Source of the DNA: Cereibacter sphaeroides 2.4.1
Lineage (GTDB): Bacteria; Pseudomonadota; Alphaproteobacteria; Rhodobacterales; Rhodobacteraceae
Assembly (NCBI RefSeq): GCF_000012905.2
Contig: NC_007494.2
Coordinates: 870,001 to 902,000, forward strand
Length of the DNA stretch: 32,000 nucleotides
Reading direction: 5' to 3'
Both the position numbers and the translations under genes were made by a program. The notes under the pieces were generated by a model, which ran no database searches, was not told the DNA's origin, and saw nothing but the letters and a program-made list of their open reading frames with translations. Positions 1 through 8,815 of the stretch are shown here, piece after piece (within the stretch, counting starts at the first letter, position 1; the number at the start of each line of letters is the position of its first letter).

Positions 1-343
1 TGGATGGCCGAGAGGCCCGAGCGGACGATCTCGGCCACATAGGCGCCCGAGTTGATGCCGAGCGCGATGACGCCCGCGGTGAAGGGCGACAGGCGCAGGC
101 CGAGCTGCGGCAGGCCGAAATAGATGATGAAGATCTGGATGAGGGCGGGCGTGCCGCGGATGAACCAGATGTAGAAGGCGGCGGCGCCGCGCACGAGACG
201 CAGCTCGGACCGCTGGGCGAGCGCGGCCAGCAGGCCGCAGGCCCAGCTCACGAGGATGGTGAGCAGCGTCAGCCACAGGACGAGCCAGGCGGCCTTGAGA
301 AAGCCCGGTCCGTAGGCCGCGATATCCTGGAGAAGAGAGCCGT

Positions 344-347
<4 letters not shown>
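1..347 (-). CDS. Polar amino-acid ABC transporter permease, N-terminal part (gene continues past the left edge)
   Basis: Not in the ORF track because it is truncated. The minus-strand ATG at 347-345 overlaps the stop of the upstream ATPase gene (ATGA). My translation is MNGSLLQDIAAYGPGFLKAAWLVLWLTLLTILVSWACGLLAALAQRSELRLVRGAAAFYIWFIRGTPALIQIFIIYFGLPQLG...GINSGAYVAEIVRSGLSAI. It shows hydrophobic helices plus FIRGTP and GINSGAY motifs typical of His/Glu/Gln/Arg-type permeases. Confidence 0.8.
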
Positions 348-1140
<793 letters not shown>

Positions 1141-1144
<4 letters not shown>

Positions 1145-1755
1145 GCCTCTTCTCCCTCTGCATGGAGGATGACCTCGATGTCGCGCGGCGTGCGCGCGCT
1201 GCCGTTGATCGGCGTCACATCCTGCGGGCAGGCCGAGAGCACGAGGAGGAGATCCATCTCGGCGCGCAGGGTCACCCGGTCGCCCGGCTGGCTGCGCGGC
1301 GGCAACCGGTCGAGGCTGCCGTCGAAGGCCACCGGCACGTTCATGAACAGGTTGAGCGAGGCGGGCGTGAAGGGCAGCGACAGACCGTGCGCGGCGATCG
1401 CCTCGTGGAAGTTCTCGGTGCAGCTGCGGTGGTGCCCCGTGCAGCCGAGTTCGCGGTAGATCTCGGCGCTGCAGGGGCAGAGCAGCGTGTCGTGGTGACC
1501 CGGCGTCGTGTCATCGATCATGGTCAGCATCGGTCGGCGGCGGACGGACATCACCCGCTGACCTGCCTCGAAGAACAGATTGCTGTTCACCGAGCGCGTA
1601 TGTTCCATCGCCGAATGGTCAAAGGGATCGTCGAGCGCCAGCGCCCAGGTATCGACGACCTGCGTCCCGTGCGGGTTGCGGATGGTGGCGCACTGGCCTG
1701 CCCGCACCGCATAGGCTGCGCCTCGGGCGGCGGGAAGAATGTGGCTTTCGCGCAT
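1141..1755 (-). CDS. DUF1989 (urea-carboxylase-associated) family protein
   Basis: The ORF-track start at 1782 is a TTG. The first ATG (1755) has AAAGGA about 8 nt upstream. Family-typical strings are HGTQVVDTWA, HHDTLLCPC, NLFMNVP and TLRAEMDLLLVLSACPQD. The stop overlaps the ATPase ATG (ATGA at 1141-1144). Confidence 0.7.
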
Positions 1756-2051
1756 CGGGCAGTCCTTTCGGAAGGTCGGCAAGGCTCATGCAGACGGTGG
1801 TGGGGGGAAGCGGTCGCCATGGAAACGCAAATTCAGTATACCACTGGCATTCGGAACCGTCTTTTACGAACCTGTCAAGAAAGATGCAGAGTTCGCGCAC
1901 CGGTGCTGCACGATCGGGCAGGTCCGTGCCCGCCTCGGGTGCCGGCGAGTCCCGGCAACGCAAGCCTTGCCGAACGCGGAATACGCTCGGTATACTGAAA
2001 TCAGGCCAAGTCCTTGCGCAGCTGGCCCGGCGCGAGACTGCGAGGAGCTCC

Positions 2052-3230
2052 ATGAGCCGTTATTTTTCCCGATCCGAGTACGAGCGCCGCTGGCAGAAGG
2101 CCGAGGCGCTGATGGCCGAGCGCGGCTTCGAGACGGCTGTCGTCTTCTCGCGCGGCGGCGGGACGACCGACAATTGCGGCGACGTGCTCTATCTGGCGAA
2201 CCACTATTCGGTCAGCGGGGGCACCGATTCGACGATCTGGTCGGCGCGGTCCTTCTCGGCGGTGATCCTGCGCCGCGGGCAGGAGCCCGAGCTGCATATC
2301 GACGAGCCCGAGGGACGCGCGGATCTCCTCGCCGTGGACCGGGTGGCCTGCCACAACCATCCGTTCATCGGTGTGGCCGAAGCGCTGGTGGCGCGCGGCG
2401 TCACCGGGCGCGTCGCGCTCTGCGGGACCCAGTTCATCCCGGTGAAATATTACCAGCAGCTCGTGTCGCGGACGCCGGGGATCGAATGGGTCGAGGCCGA
2501 TGACCTGATCCGCAGCCTGCGCCGGATCAAGAGCGCGGAAGAACTCGACTGCTACCGGATCGCGGGCGAGGCGGCGACCGAGGCCACCACGGTTCTGATG
2601 CAGGGCCTCCTGTCGGGGTTGTCCGAGCGCGAGGCGGCCGGCGAGGCCGCCCGCGTGACCGTGGCGCGCGGCGGGCGGGTGCAGGCGATCGGCACCAACC
2701 ACGGCGACACGATGCAGTATGACTACCGCAACCCGCTCACGGGCTCGAGCGCCGACACGCCGGCGGTGGGCGACATGGTGCGCGGCACGGTCCATGCGGC
2801 CTTCTTCCAGGGCTATTATCTCGATCCCGGCCGCACCGCGGTGCGCGGCACCCCCACTGCCGATCAGCGGCGGTTGATCGAGGCCACCAACGACATCGTC
2901 CAGCGGCTGATCGGCATGATGCGCCCCGGCGCGCGTCTCCTTGACGTGGCGGCCGAGGGGGACCGGATGACACAGGCCTTCGGCGGCGAGATCTCTCCGC
3001 TGATGAAGAACTTCCCCTTCTACGGCCACGGGATCGGCCTCTCGTTCGAGCAGCCGCGGATCTCGACCGCCATGTCGCTGCCGGGCGATGTGGTCGAGGA
3101 GAACATGGTCTTCGGCGTCGAGGCCTTCCTCGCCCTCGAGGGCGTGGGGTCGGCCTTCTTCGAGGACATCGTGATCGTGACGGCAGGCACCCCCGAACTC
3201 CTCACCCGCACCCCCCATTATTTCTGGTGA
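2052..3230 (+). CDS. M24 family metallopeptidase (creatinase/Xaa-Pro dipeptidase-like)
   Basis: In-frame ATG at 2052 (MSRYFSRSEYERRWQKAEALMAERGFE...). The 88 codons upstream in the track ORF look non-coding. The layout is a creatinase-like N-domain followed by a pita-bread catalytic half with YYLDPGRT, HGIGLSFEQP and VFGVEAF (metal-ligand context of M24). Confidence 0.8.
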   Translation: MSRYFSRSEYERRWQKAEALMAERGFETAVVFSRGGGTTDNCGDVLYLANHYSVSGGTDSTIWSARSFSAVILRRGQEPELHIDEPEGRADLLAVDRVACHNHPFIGVAEALVARGVTGRVALCGTQFIPVKYYQQLVSRTPGIEWVEADDLIRSLRRIKSAEELDCYRIAGEAATEATTVLMQGLLSGLSEREAAGEAARVTVARGGRVQAIGTNHGDTMQYDYRNPLTGSSADTPAVGDMVRGTVHAAFFQGYYLDPGRTAVRGTPTADQRRLIEATNDIVQRLIGMMRPGARLLDVAAEGDRMTQAFGGEISPLMKNFPFYGHGIGLSFEQPRISTAMSLPGDVVEENMVFGVEAFLALEGVGSAFFEDIVIVTAGTPELLTRTPHYFW

Positions 3231-3358
3231 CCCATGCGGCCTTGGGCGTAAGCCTCACGGTGCGGAAAGGCTGATGGCCCGCGACGGGCGATGTGAGCAG
3301 GATGGGTGCTGCGGACCCGAGCGCGCCCTGCAACTGTTCGGAAAGTCATCTGCGTTGA

Positions 3359-3426
3359 TGGTGGGTGGTGAGGGGCTCGAACCCCCGACATCCTCGGTGT
3401 AAAGAAGGGCGGCACCAGCCAAGCCA
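3359..3426 (-). pseudogene. 5'-truncated tRNA-Val(UAC)-like remnant, a possible att-site relic
   Basis: The reverse complement reads TGGC TTGGCTGGT GCCG C CCTTC TTTACAC CGAGG ATGTC GGGGG TTCGAGC CCCTC ACCACCC A CCA. This gives a D-arm, an anticodon arm with U33 and TAC anticodon (one C-C mismatch), a 5-nt variable loop, a canonical T-arm (GGGGG/TTCGAGC/CCCTC), the 3' acceptor strand, discriminator A and CCA. The 5' acceptor strand GGGTGGT needed to pair with ACCACCC is absent (upstream is GCAAATCAA), so it cannot fold as a functional tRNA. Confidence 0.65.
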
Positions 3427-3439
3427 TTGATTTGCCGTC

Positions 3440-3468
3440 AAAGGCGCGTGTTGTAAAAGGCGCGTGTT
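3440..3468 (+). repeat. Tandem direct repeat, 2 x AAAGGCGCGTGTT (16-nt period)
   Basis: Exact 13-mers at 3440-3452 and 3456-3468, 14 nt from the truncated end of the tRNA remnant. Confidence 0.85.
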
Positions 3469-3487
3469 CACGGTCTGGCCAAGATTT

Positions 3488-3516
3488 CCGGGTTCACTCA
3501 GGTTCAGTGAACCCGG
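3488..3516. other. Perfect 11-bp inverted repeat (hairpin) CCGGGTTCACT-N7-AGTGAACCCGG
   Basis: Read directly from the sequence. It lies about 70 nt downstream of the ampR stop on the minus strand. There is no U-tract on either strand, so terminator function is only a possibility. Confidence 0.5.
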
Positions 3517-3586
3517 GCGCGTCTCGTAAATCGCGGCCCTCCATGTTCCGCGTCCTCGGGCTGCGGCCAGCTCGCAGCGGTCGCTG

Positions 3587-4468
3587 TCATTCAGGGGCAC
3601 GCGGTTGACGAAGCACGTCGCGCATCCAGTCCAGCAAGGCCCGTGATGCTGATGTCATGCGTCGCTCCTTGGGCACGGTCAGCCAGTAGCTGCCCAGGGT
3701 CACGGTGGTGGCAAAGGGGCGTGTCAACCGACCCGCCCGAACATGGCGTTCGAACATCGGCGCAGGCAGCAAGGCAATCCCGAACCTCTCGGAGGCGAGG
3801 TCCGCCAGCCCGATCGAACTGTCCAGGATGGGCCCCGTCAGAGAAGGACAGCTTTCACCTGTCTGCGCGAACCAGGCCGGCCATTCATCCGCCCGATAGC
3901 TGCGCAGAAGCGTGTGCCGGTGAAGGTCTGACGGAACCCGCAGGCCCAGATCTGGAGCGCAGAATGGCGTCATGGGGGCATCCATGATGTGATGCGCCTC
4001 GAGCCCCGGCCACTGGCCGTCGCCGAAGCGGATCGCCGCGTCCAGCCCCTCCCGCGCGATCTCCACCCGGTTGTTGTGTGTGGACAGGCGCAACGTGATG
4101 CCGGGATGCGCGCGGCCGAATGCCTGCTGCCGGGGGATGAGCCAGCCCGCGGCAAAGGTCGTCACCACGCCGATGTTGAGCACTTCGCCCGCCTGCCCCG
4201 CCGCCACCCGGTCCAGCATGCGGGCGATGTCGTCCAGCCCGCGCTCCATCACCGGGAACAGCGCCTGACCCGCATCCGTCAGCATCAGGCCACCCGGCGT
4301 TCGCTGGAACAGGATCACGCCCAGCATATCCTCCAGCCGCGCGATCTGGTGGCTGACGGCGGCCTGGGTGACGCGCAGTTCGACGGCTGCGCGGGTGAAG
4401 CTGCCCTGACGAGCGGCCACCTCGAAGGTGCGCAGGGCGTTCAGCGGGATGTCGGGACGATCTGGCAT
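3587..4468 (-). CDS. ampR: LysR-family transcriptional regulator, AmpR-like
   Basis: 293-aa ORF with an N-terminal wHTH (LNALRTFEVAARQGSFTRAAVELRVTQAAVSHQIARLE) and a LysR substrate-binding domain. It is divergently transcribed from a class C beta-lactamase gene across a 92-bp spacer, the classical ampR-ampC layout. Confidence 0.8.
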   Translation of the reverse strand: MPDRPDIPLNALRTFEVAARQGSFTRAAVELRVTQAAVSHQIARLEDMLGVILFQRTPGGLMLTDAGQALFPVMERGLDDIARMLDRVAAGQAGEVLNIGVVTTFAAGWLIPRQQAFGRAHPGITLRLSTHNNRVEIAREGLDAAIRFGDGQWPGLEAHHIMDAPMTPFCAPDLGLRVPSDLHRHTLLRSYRADEWPAWFAQTGESCPSLTGPILDSSIGLADLASERFGIALLPAPMFERHVRAGRLTRPFATTVTLGSYWLTVPKERRMTSASRALLDWMRDVLRQPRAPE

Positions 4469-4560
4469 GAGATCTACTTATGTGCAGTCCAACCCTTTGT
4501 CGTCTGCCTCGTGCAGTCGGCGCGGTCTATCCCGGCTCCGATGATCACATAGGACCGGAC

Positions 4561-5703
4561 ATGAAGCACCTTTCCCCCCTCTCCATCCTGCTCATGGTGG
4601 GCGCGCTGACGCCCGCGCTTGCGCAAGACACCACGCCGTCGTTCGAGAGCGCCGCCGCCGCGGCCTTCGAGAGCGTCATCGAGGAGCATGACATTCCCGG
4701 TCTGGTGGTGGGCGTGACCCACGGCGGACGGCACAGTTTCTATCAGACAGGCTTGGCCTCACGGGAAGATCAGCAGCCGGTAACCCCTGACACGCTTTTT
4801 GAGCTCGGTTCGATCAGCAAGATCTTCAACGTGACGCTGGCGGCCTTGGCAGAGGAGCGGGGCGCGCTGTCGCTCGATGCGCCGGTCGCCGACTATCTTC
4901 CCTCCCTGCGAGGTTCTCCTGCAGGAGAGCTGACGCTGATCGATCTGGCGACGCACCATACCGGCGGCCTCCCGTTGCAGGTGCCGGACGAAGTTGCAGA
5001 TGTAGATCGCCTGGTCGACTGGCTACGGAGTTGGCGACCGCCCGAGCCCGGTACGCGCAGCTATTCCAACATCAGCATCGGCCTATTGGGGCACATCACC
5101 GCGGGCGTGCTGGGCATGAGCTATGCTGATGCGTCCCAGACGGTTATCTTCCCGGCGCTCGGATTGAAGAGCACGTGGATCGACGTCCCCACCGATGCGA
5201 TGGGACGCTACGCCTTCGGCTATGACCGCAAGACAGACGCGCCAACCCGGGTTACGCCCGGCGTGCTGGACGATGAAGCGTACGGGGTAAAATCCTCCGC
5301 TCGCGACATGCTGACGCTGCTCGACCTCGAGCTTGGAACCGGCACTGCCTCGCCCGAAGTTCAAACGGCGGTGGCCACCACGCAGGAGGGCCGGTTCCAG
5401 ACCCGCCTGTACACGCAGGCCATGATATGGGAGGCCTATCCTTGGCCTGTCGACCCAGAGCGTCTGGTGGAGGGGAACGGGTATGACTTCATCCTCCAGC
5501 CTCAGCCTGTGGACGAGGTGGACACGACACCCGATCGGAGGGTCATCCTGAACAAGACAGGTTCCACGAACGGCTTCGGTGGGTACATCGCGATCGTGCC
5601 AAGCGAGGATCTGGGCGTCGTCGTCCTTGCCAACCGCAACTACCCCAACGAGGCGCGGGTTCGAGCCACTTACGACCTGATCACTCACATCTTGGCCGAA
5701 TAA
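4561..5703 (+). CDS. ampC: Class C (AmpC) beta-lactamase with signal peptide
   Basis: ATG at 4561 with AGGA 7 nt upstream. The signal peptide is MKHLSPLSILLMVGALTPALAQ. All three class C motifs are present: S-x-x-K (GSISK), Y-x-N (YSN) and KTG (NKTGST). Confidence 0.9.
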   Translation: MKHLSPLSILLMVGALTPALAQDTTPSFESAAAAAFESVIEEHDIPGLVVGVTHGGRHSFYQTGLASREDQQPVTPDTLFELGSISKIFNVTLAALAEERGALSLDAPVADYLPSLRGSPAGELTLIDLATHHTGGLPLQVPDEVADVDRLVDWLRSWRPPEPGTRSYSNISIGLLGHITAGVLGMSYADASQTVIFPALGLKSTWIDVPTDAMGRYAFGYDRKTDAPTRVTPGVLDDEAYGVKSSARDMLTLLDLELGTGTASPEVQTAVATTQEGRFQTRLYTQAMIWEAYPWPVDPERLVEGNGYDFILQPQPVDEVDTTPDRRVILNKTGSTNGFGGYIAIVPSEDLGVVVLANRNYPNEARVRATYDLITHILAE

Positions 5704-5740
5704 GTTCGACACGCTCGGGGGGGACCGCCAAACGGCCGAA

Positions 5741-5810
5741 GCATCCGCTTCACGGCCCCCCGGAATTCCGGGCGGCAAAGGTCTGCTGGCAGCCCTTTCT
5801 CAGACCTTCA
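5741..5810 (+). repeat. Cassette-boundary repeat, copy C (hairpin plus conserved core)
   Basis: Hairpin GCCCCCCGG-AATT-CCGGGCGGC (5755-5776, 8 of 9 bp) followed by AAAGG...CAGCCCTTT...GACCTTCA. It shares the blocks GCGGC(G)AAAGG, CAGCCCTTT and GACCTTCA with copy A (8461-8501), in the same order and orientation. Confidence 0.6.
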
Positions 5811-5975
5811 AGCTCGCTGCAGCATGGTATGTGGTCCCGACGTACAGGGCGGGGAGCGGACGGTCGCTGCGGTCTGCAAGAGCGACGGCTAAGCGAAGCC
5901 AAGCAGACGCTGCGAAGTCGTTGTGTTGGCGCATACCTCAACAGAGCTCAAGCTGCAGTCGCCTTCGCTAATGTT

Positions 5976-6416
5976 CTACAACGCTTCATCTTCGTCCTCT
6001 TCGTCGCCTTCAAGGTCCTCCTCATAGTCCACCTTAAGCTGTTCAATCAACTCCACGGTGATCCACTGATAGCCCATCCGCGAAACGTGCCGATAGTGCC
6101 TTTCTTTGAATGAAGCGAGGGCCGACTTGAATTGCACCATGACAAGAACGGCGTCGCTGACCTGCGGCAGGTCATCGTCGTCTAGAGCCTCAAGATATTT
6201 TGCGTCTGGCTGGCCTTCGAGCACGACCAACAAGTTTTCAAGAACCCGGTTCACGATCTTGACTTTGCCCGCACTCATAGATGCGTCGGGCTTTTTCTTT
6301 GAAAGCTCTTTCACTTCGTCGAGCAAGGACGAAAACACGTCATGACTCGCTTCATACTCAGCGACCTTTGCATCTGTTGTTATATTGGGGAAATAGTAGT
6401 GGTCTTCAAATGCCAT
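5976..6416 (-). CDS. Small protein, paralogue B of cassette 1, with a poly-acidic C-terminal tail
   Basis: 146-aa ORF. Its ATG overlaps the stop of the upstream paralogue (TAATG at 6414-6418). It shares the core LSKKKPDASMSAGKVKIVNRVLE and SDAVLVMVQF with paralogue A. The C-terminus is DYEEDLEGDEEDEDEAL. I recognise no known family. Confidence 0.75.
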   Translation of the reverse strand: MAFEDHYYFPNITTDAKVAEYEASHDVFSSLLDEVKELSKKKPDASMSAGKVKIVNRVLENLLVVLEGQPDAKYLEALDDDDLPQVSDAVLVMVQFKSALASFKERHYRHVSRMGYQWITVELIEQLKVDYEEDLEGDEEDEDEAL

Positions 6417-6811
6417 TATTTTCTTCCAATCTTTGTCGGCGGGCCAGATCGAACTTCGCTCGCCCTTCCATCCACAACATAATACCAGCCGTAACTCCCC
6501 TTGACCGACGCGCTGATCACGTTGTCAGAGCGGAATCGCTCGGCTTCTTCCATATACTGCGCAACAACAATCGTAACATCGCTGGTCGAAGGGGCGTCGT
6601 CTGGATCAAAACTATCGAAGTCGTCGAAAGGCTTGTATTTTTCTCCAAGCACCTCGTTGCCCATCTCTAACACTCTGTTTATGAGCTTGAGCTTGAACGA
6701 GTTTACTGCGTCATTTGGGTTTTTCTTTGCAAGGGCTCCTACTTCGGAATAAAGTCCCTGAAGTTGGCCGACTAGTTTTTCGAGCCGTTCTACATCCTCT
6801 TTGCTGTCCAT
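6416..6811 (-). CDS. Small protein, paralogue A of cassette 1
   Basis: The ORF-track start is 6829. The ATG at 6811 is preferred because GGAGAG lies 3 nt upstream and overlaps the stop (TAG 6820-6822) of the nuclease gene. The core LAKKNPNDAVNSFKLKLINRVLE and SDVTIVVAQY align with paralogue B. Confidence 0.75.
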   Translation of the reverse strand: MDSKEDVERLEKLVGQLQGLYSEVGALAKKNPNDAVNSFKLKLINRVLEMGNEVLGEKYKPFDDFDSFDPDDAPSTSDVTIVVAQYMEEAERFRSDNVISASVKGSYGWYYVVDGRASEVRSGPPTKIGRK

Positions 6812-6819
6812 GATCTCTC

Positions 6820-8256
6820 CTATGGGCAAGCGCGTTGAAACTCGCGGTATTTCATGTTCAGAATGTCGAGCGGTGCGCGCTGTTTACTGTCGAAGACCTC
6901 GACCATCCGCTCCAGGTCAGCATCGGTGAGGGTAATCACGGCCTTCCGCTGCCCACCCCATAGATTGACTGTGCGCTGAAACTCCGCACGCTTGAGTGGT
7001 TTCCTTGTCACGAAGACCCCGAACTTGCCAAGCTCGTCTGTTAGGTAGCGGTTGATCTGGTCGATATGCGTTCGCTCAATTGCCGCGACGTTCTTCATCT
7101 CAAAGGTGATCTGTCGCGACCCGTAGTCGTCCATCAATTCTTGAAGAAGTGGCGTCGAGCGGGTGTTGTAGAAGATCAGGTCGCGGATGGACACCCCGTC
7201 GTCCGTTCGCGCCTGCTCCTGTGCAAAGTCAAGGCTTGGATAGAATAGTGACGGCAGCAATCGCCCGACCAACTTCTCATACTTCACGTCTGCGCCGTTT
7301 GTTTTCCCTGTCGGCAACTTCTTTATCTCGGCAAATACTCGCTTTGCCGAAGTGATGGGGATTTGAGAGAACAGCGGATCGTGCGCGCAATCATCTGCCG
7401 TGCGTTCTTTCAACTGGATATACTGATCAATGACGCCATAGTTTTGGCGATTATAGTTGAGAACCTTAACCCGCGTCAGTTCCTCGGGCTTGTGCGAAAT
7501 CTCATCTTGCGGGCAGTGCTTTTCAAAATACTCGTCGTAGCTGATCCACGGGGCAAACCGCAGCCACCGCTTTGGCACAAAGATAATCGGCGAGCCATTT
7601 TCAGGGTTCACGGGCAACGGTACGCCCACTTCCCGTTTAAACATACCTAAGCGAGCATCATAGACATGCTCAACGGTGCAATCCTGGGTCGGAACGCTGA
7701 GTTTTTGGCATTGCTCAATCGTGAAGTCGATCAGAAAAGATTTCAGGAAGTTGCAGCCAATATCAGAAATGCGGTCCTTTGATATTCCTTCGATGAAGAG
7801 CTGAATCTCCTCGAAGTGCCTGAAACCGCTCTGTTGATAGCGCGGAATCACTTTGAACAGGTCAATTATCTCGCGGGCCTTATCTGCTCCAATCCGCTTT
7901 CCCTTTCGGGTGAGGGACGTGCCCAAGCCGACTTCGTCGCACTCGGAGGCGATGATCAATGTTTCGATTGCCTGCGCTTCTTTGCCTTGCGCGGCGAGAA
8001 CCCCAAGGTGATTGAAGGCGTTGATTAGGCCTATGTGCAGCCCATGATCCTGCTGAGAGGGCGATCGCCATAGCATAAAGGGGTCTAGGTAAAGGGGAAT
8101 GTCCTCATCCAGAAACGGAATCGCGAAGTCGAGATCGACCTGTGCGGCGTGAATCCCATGATAGTCTGTAAGACGAGGTCGAATAAGCAAAGGTACCGCC
8201 GCATGCTGGGGGAGGTTGCTTCGTCGATACCAAATACTGCGGGTCGTTGGCAACAA
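6820..8256 (-). CDS. Uncharacterised 478-aa protein with a C-terminal PD-(D/E)xK (RecB/Shedu-like) nuclease motif set
   Basis: Long ORF in the AT-richer region. The listed start is a TTG, so the true start is uncertain. The C-terminal 110 aa carry SIRDLIF (D), ITFEMKN (ExK) and IDQINRYL (QxxxY) in the order typical of RecB/Cas4/DUF4263-type nucleases. I do not recognise the N-terminal ~350 aa (IPLYLDPFMLW, GLGTSLTRKGKRIG). Confidence 0.6.
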   Translation of the reverse strand: MLPTTRSIWYRRSNLPQHAAVPLLIRPRLTDYHGIHAAQVDLDFAIPFLDEDIPLYLDPFMLWRSPSQQDHGLHIGLINAFNHLGVLAAQGKEAQAIETLIIASECDEVGLGTSLTRKGKRIGADKAREIIDLFKVIPRYQQSGFRHFEEIQLFIEGISKDRISDIGCNFLKSFLIDFTIEQCQKLSVPTQDCTVEHVYDARLGMFKREVGVPLPVNPENGSPIIFVPKRWLRFAPWISYDEYFEKHCPQDEISHKPEELTRVKVLNYNRQNYGVIDQYIQLKERTADDCAHDPLFSQIPITSAKRVFAEIKKLPTGKTNGADVKYEKLVGRLLPSLFYPSLDFAQEQARTDDGVSIRDLIFYNTRSTPLLQELMDDYGSRQITFEMKNVAAIERTHIDQINRYLTDELGKFGVFVTRKPLKRAEFQRTVNLWGGQRKAVITLTDADLERMVEVFDSKQRAPLDILNMKYREFQRACP

Positions 8257-8429
8257 AAGGTTGTCGATGCGTGACGTTCACTCGGTCGCTCTTCAGGGGT
8301 ATTTTACGTTCTCACGCCCGCTTTTTGACTCGGACCAGTCATTCATAGCAGCAGGCATGAAGGTTCGCTGAGGGCCGCAATTGGCCGACCTCGCAGATCC
8401 GCACGCTCATGGCGTTGAGGCCGTGTGGT

Positions 8430-8501
8430 CGCTTCCTGGGCCTCGCCGCCATCCGAGAGTGGTGCGGCGAAAGGCCGCGGACAGCCCTTTGCCGACCTTC
8501 A
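8430..8501 (+). repeat. Cassette-boundary repeat, copy A
   Basis: 8443-8487 TCGCCGCCATCCGAGAGTGGTGCGGCGAAAGGCCGCGGACAGCCC matches 14740-14784 at 38 of 45 ungapped positions. It continues ...TTTGCCGACCTTCA, matching copy C. It lies in a GC-rich non-coding spacer between divergent operons. Confidence 0.7.
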
Positions 8502-8815
8502 TGCGAGGCGCCGCGAAAGGCATGGCGCAGGCACGAGGGGCGGCTGCAGCCCTCGCATCCGCGAAGATCTTCGATTGCGGCCATCCGTCATGCGCCTGGA
8601 GAGCGACACAATCGGCAGAAGGATCACAATGAGTTTTGAGCCACCAACGGACGCTTCTATGAACGAAGGCCGCCGCTCGTGTAAGATACTGGCAACGCAG
8701 CCAGCGCATGAAATGCCAGCTTCTCGTAGGGTGAGAGATTGTCACGCAATTTTGGCAGCGCTTGATCCATAGGTTCCTTGGGCGAAGCTTCGACCATGTT
8801 GGAGGGGAAGATAGA

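Noticed and set aside
3359-3426. Calling this a functional tRNA-Val gene
   Set aside because: The 5' acceptor strand and positions 8-9 are missing, and there is a C-C mismatch at the base of the anticodon stem. An aminoacylatable cloverleaf cannot form.
3218-3600. Small minus-strand ORFs 3218..3427 and 3346..3600 covering the tRNA-like sequence
   Set aside because: The region is better explained as a tRNA remnant plus repeats and a hairpin. The ORFs have no Shine-Dalgarno and no coding character.
8257-8772. Several 75-115-aa ORFs on both strands in the GC-rich spacer (for example 8407..8745, 8425..8772); likewise 14423..14900
   Set aside because: They overlap each other in all frames, are Arg/Ala/Pro-rich, and have no Shine-Dalgarno or motifs. 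The spacers carry the boundary repeats and are more likely non-coding backbone remnants.
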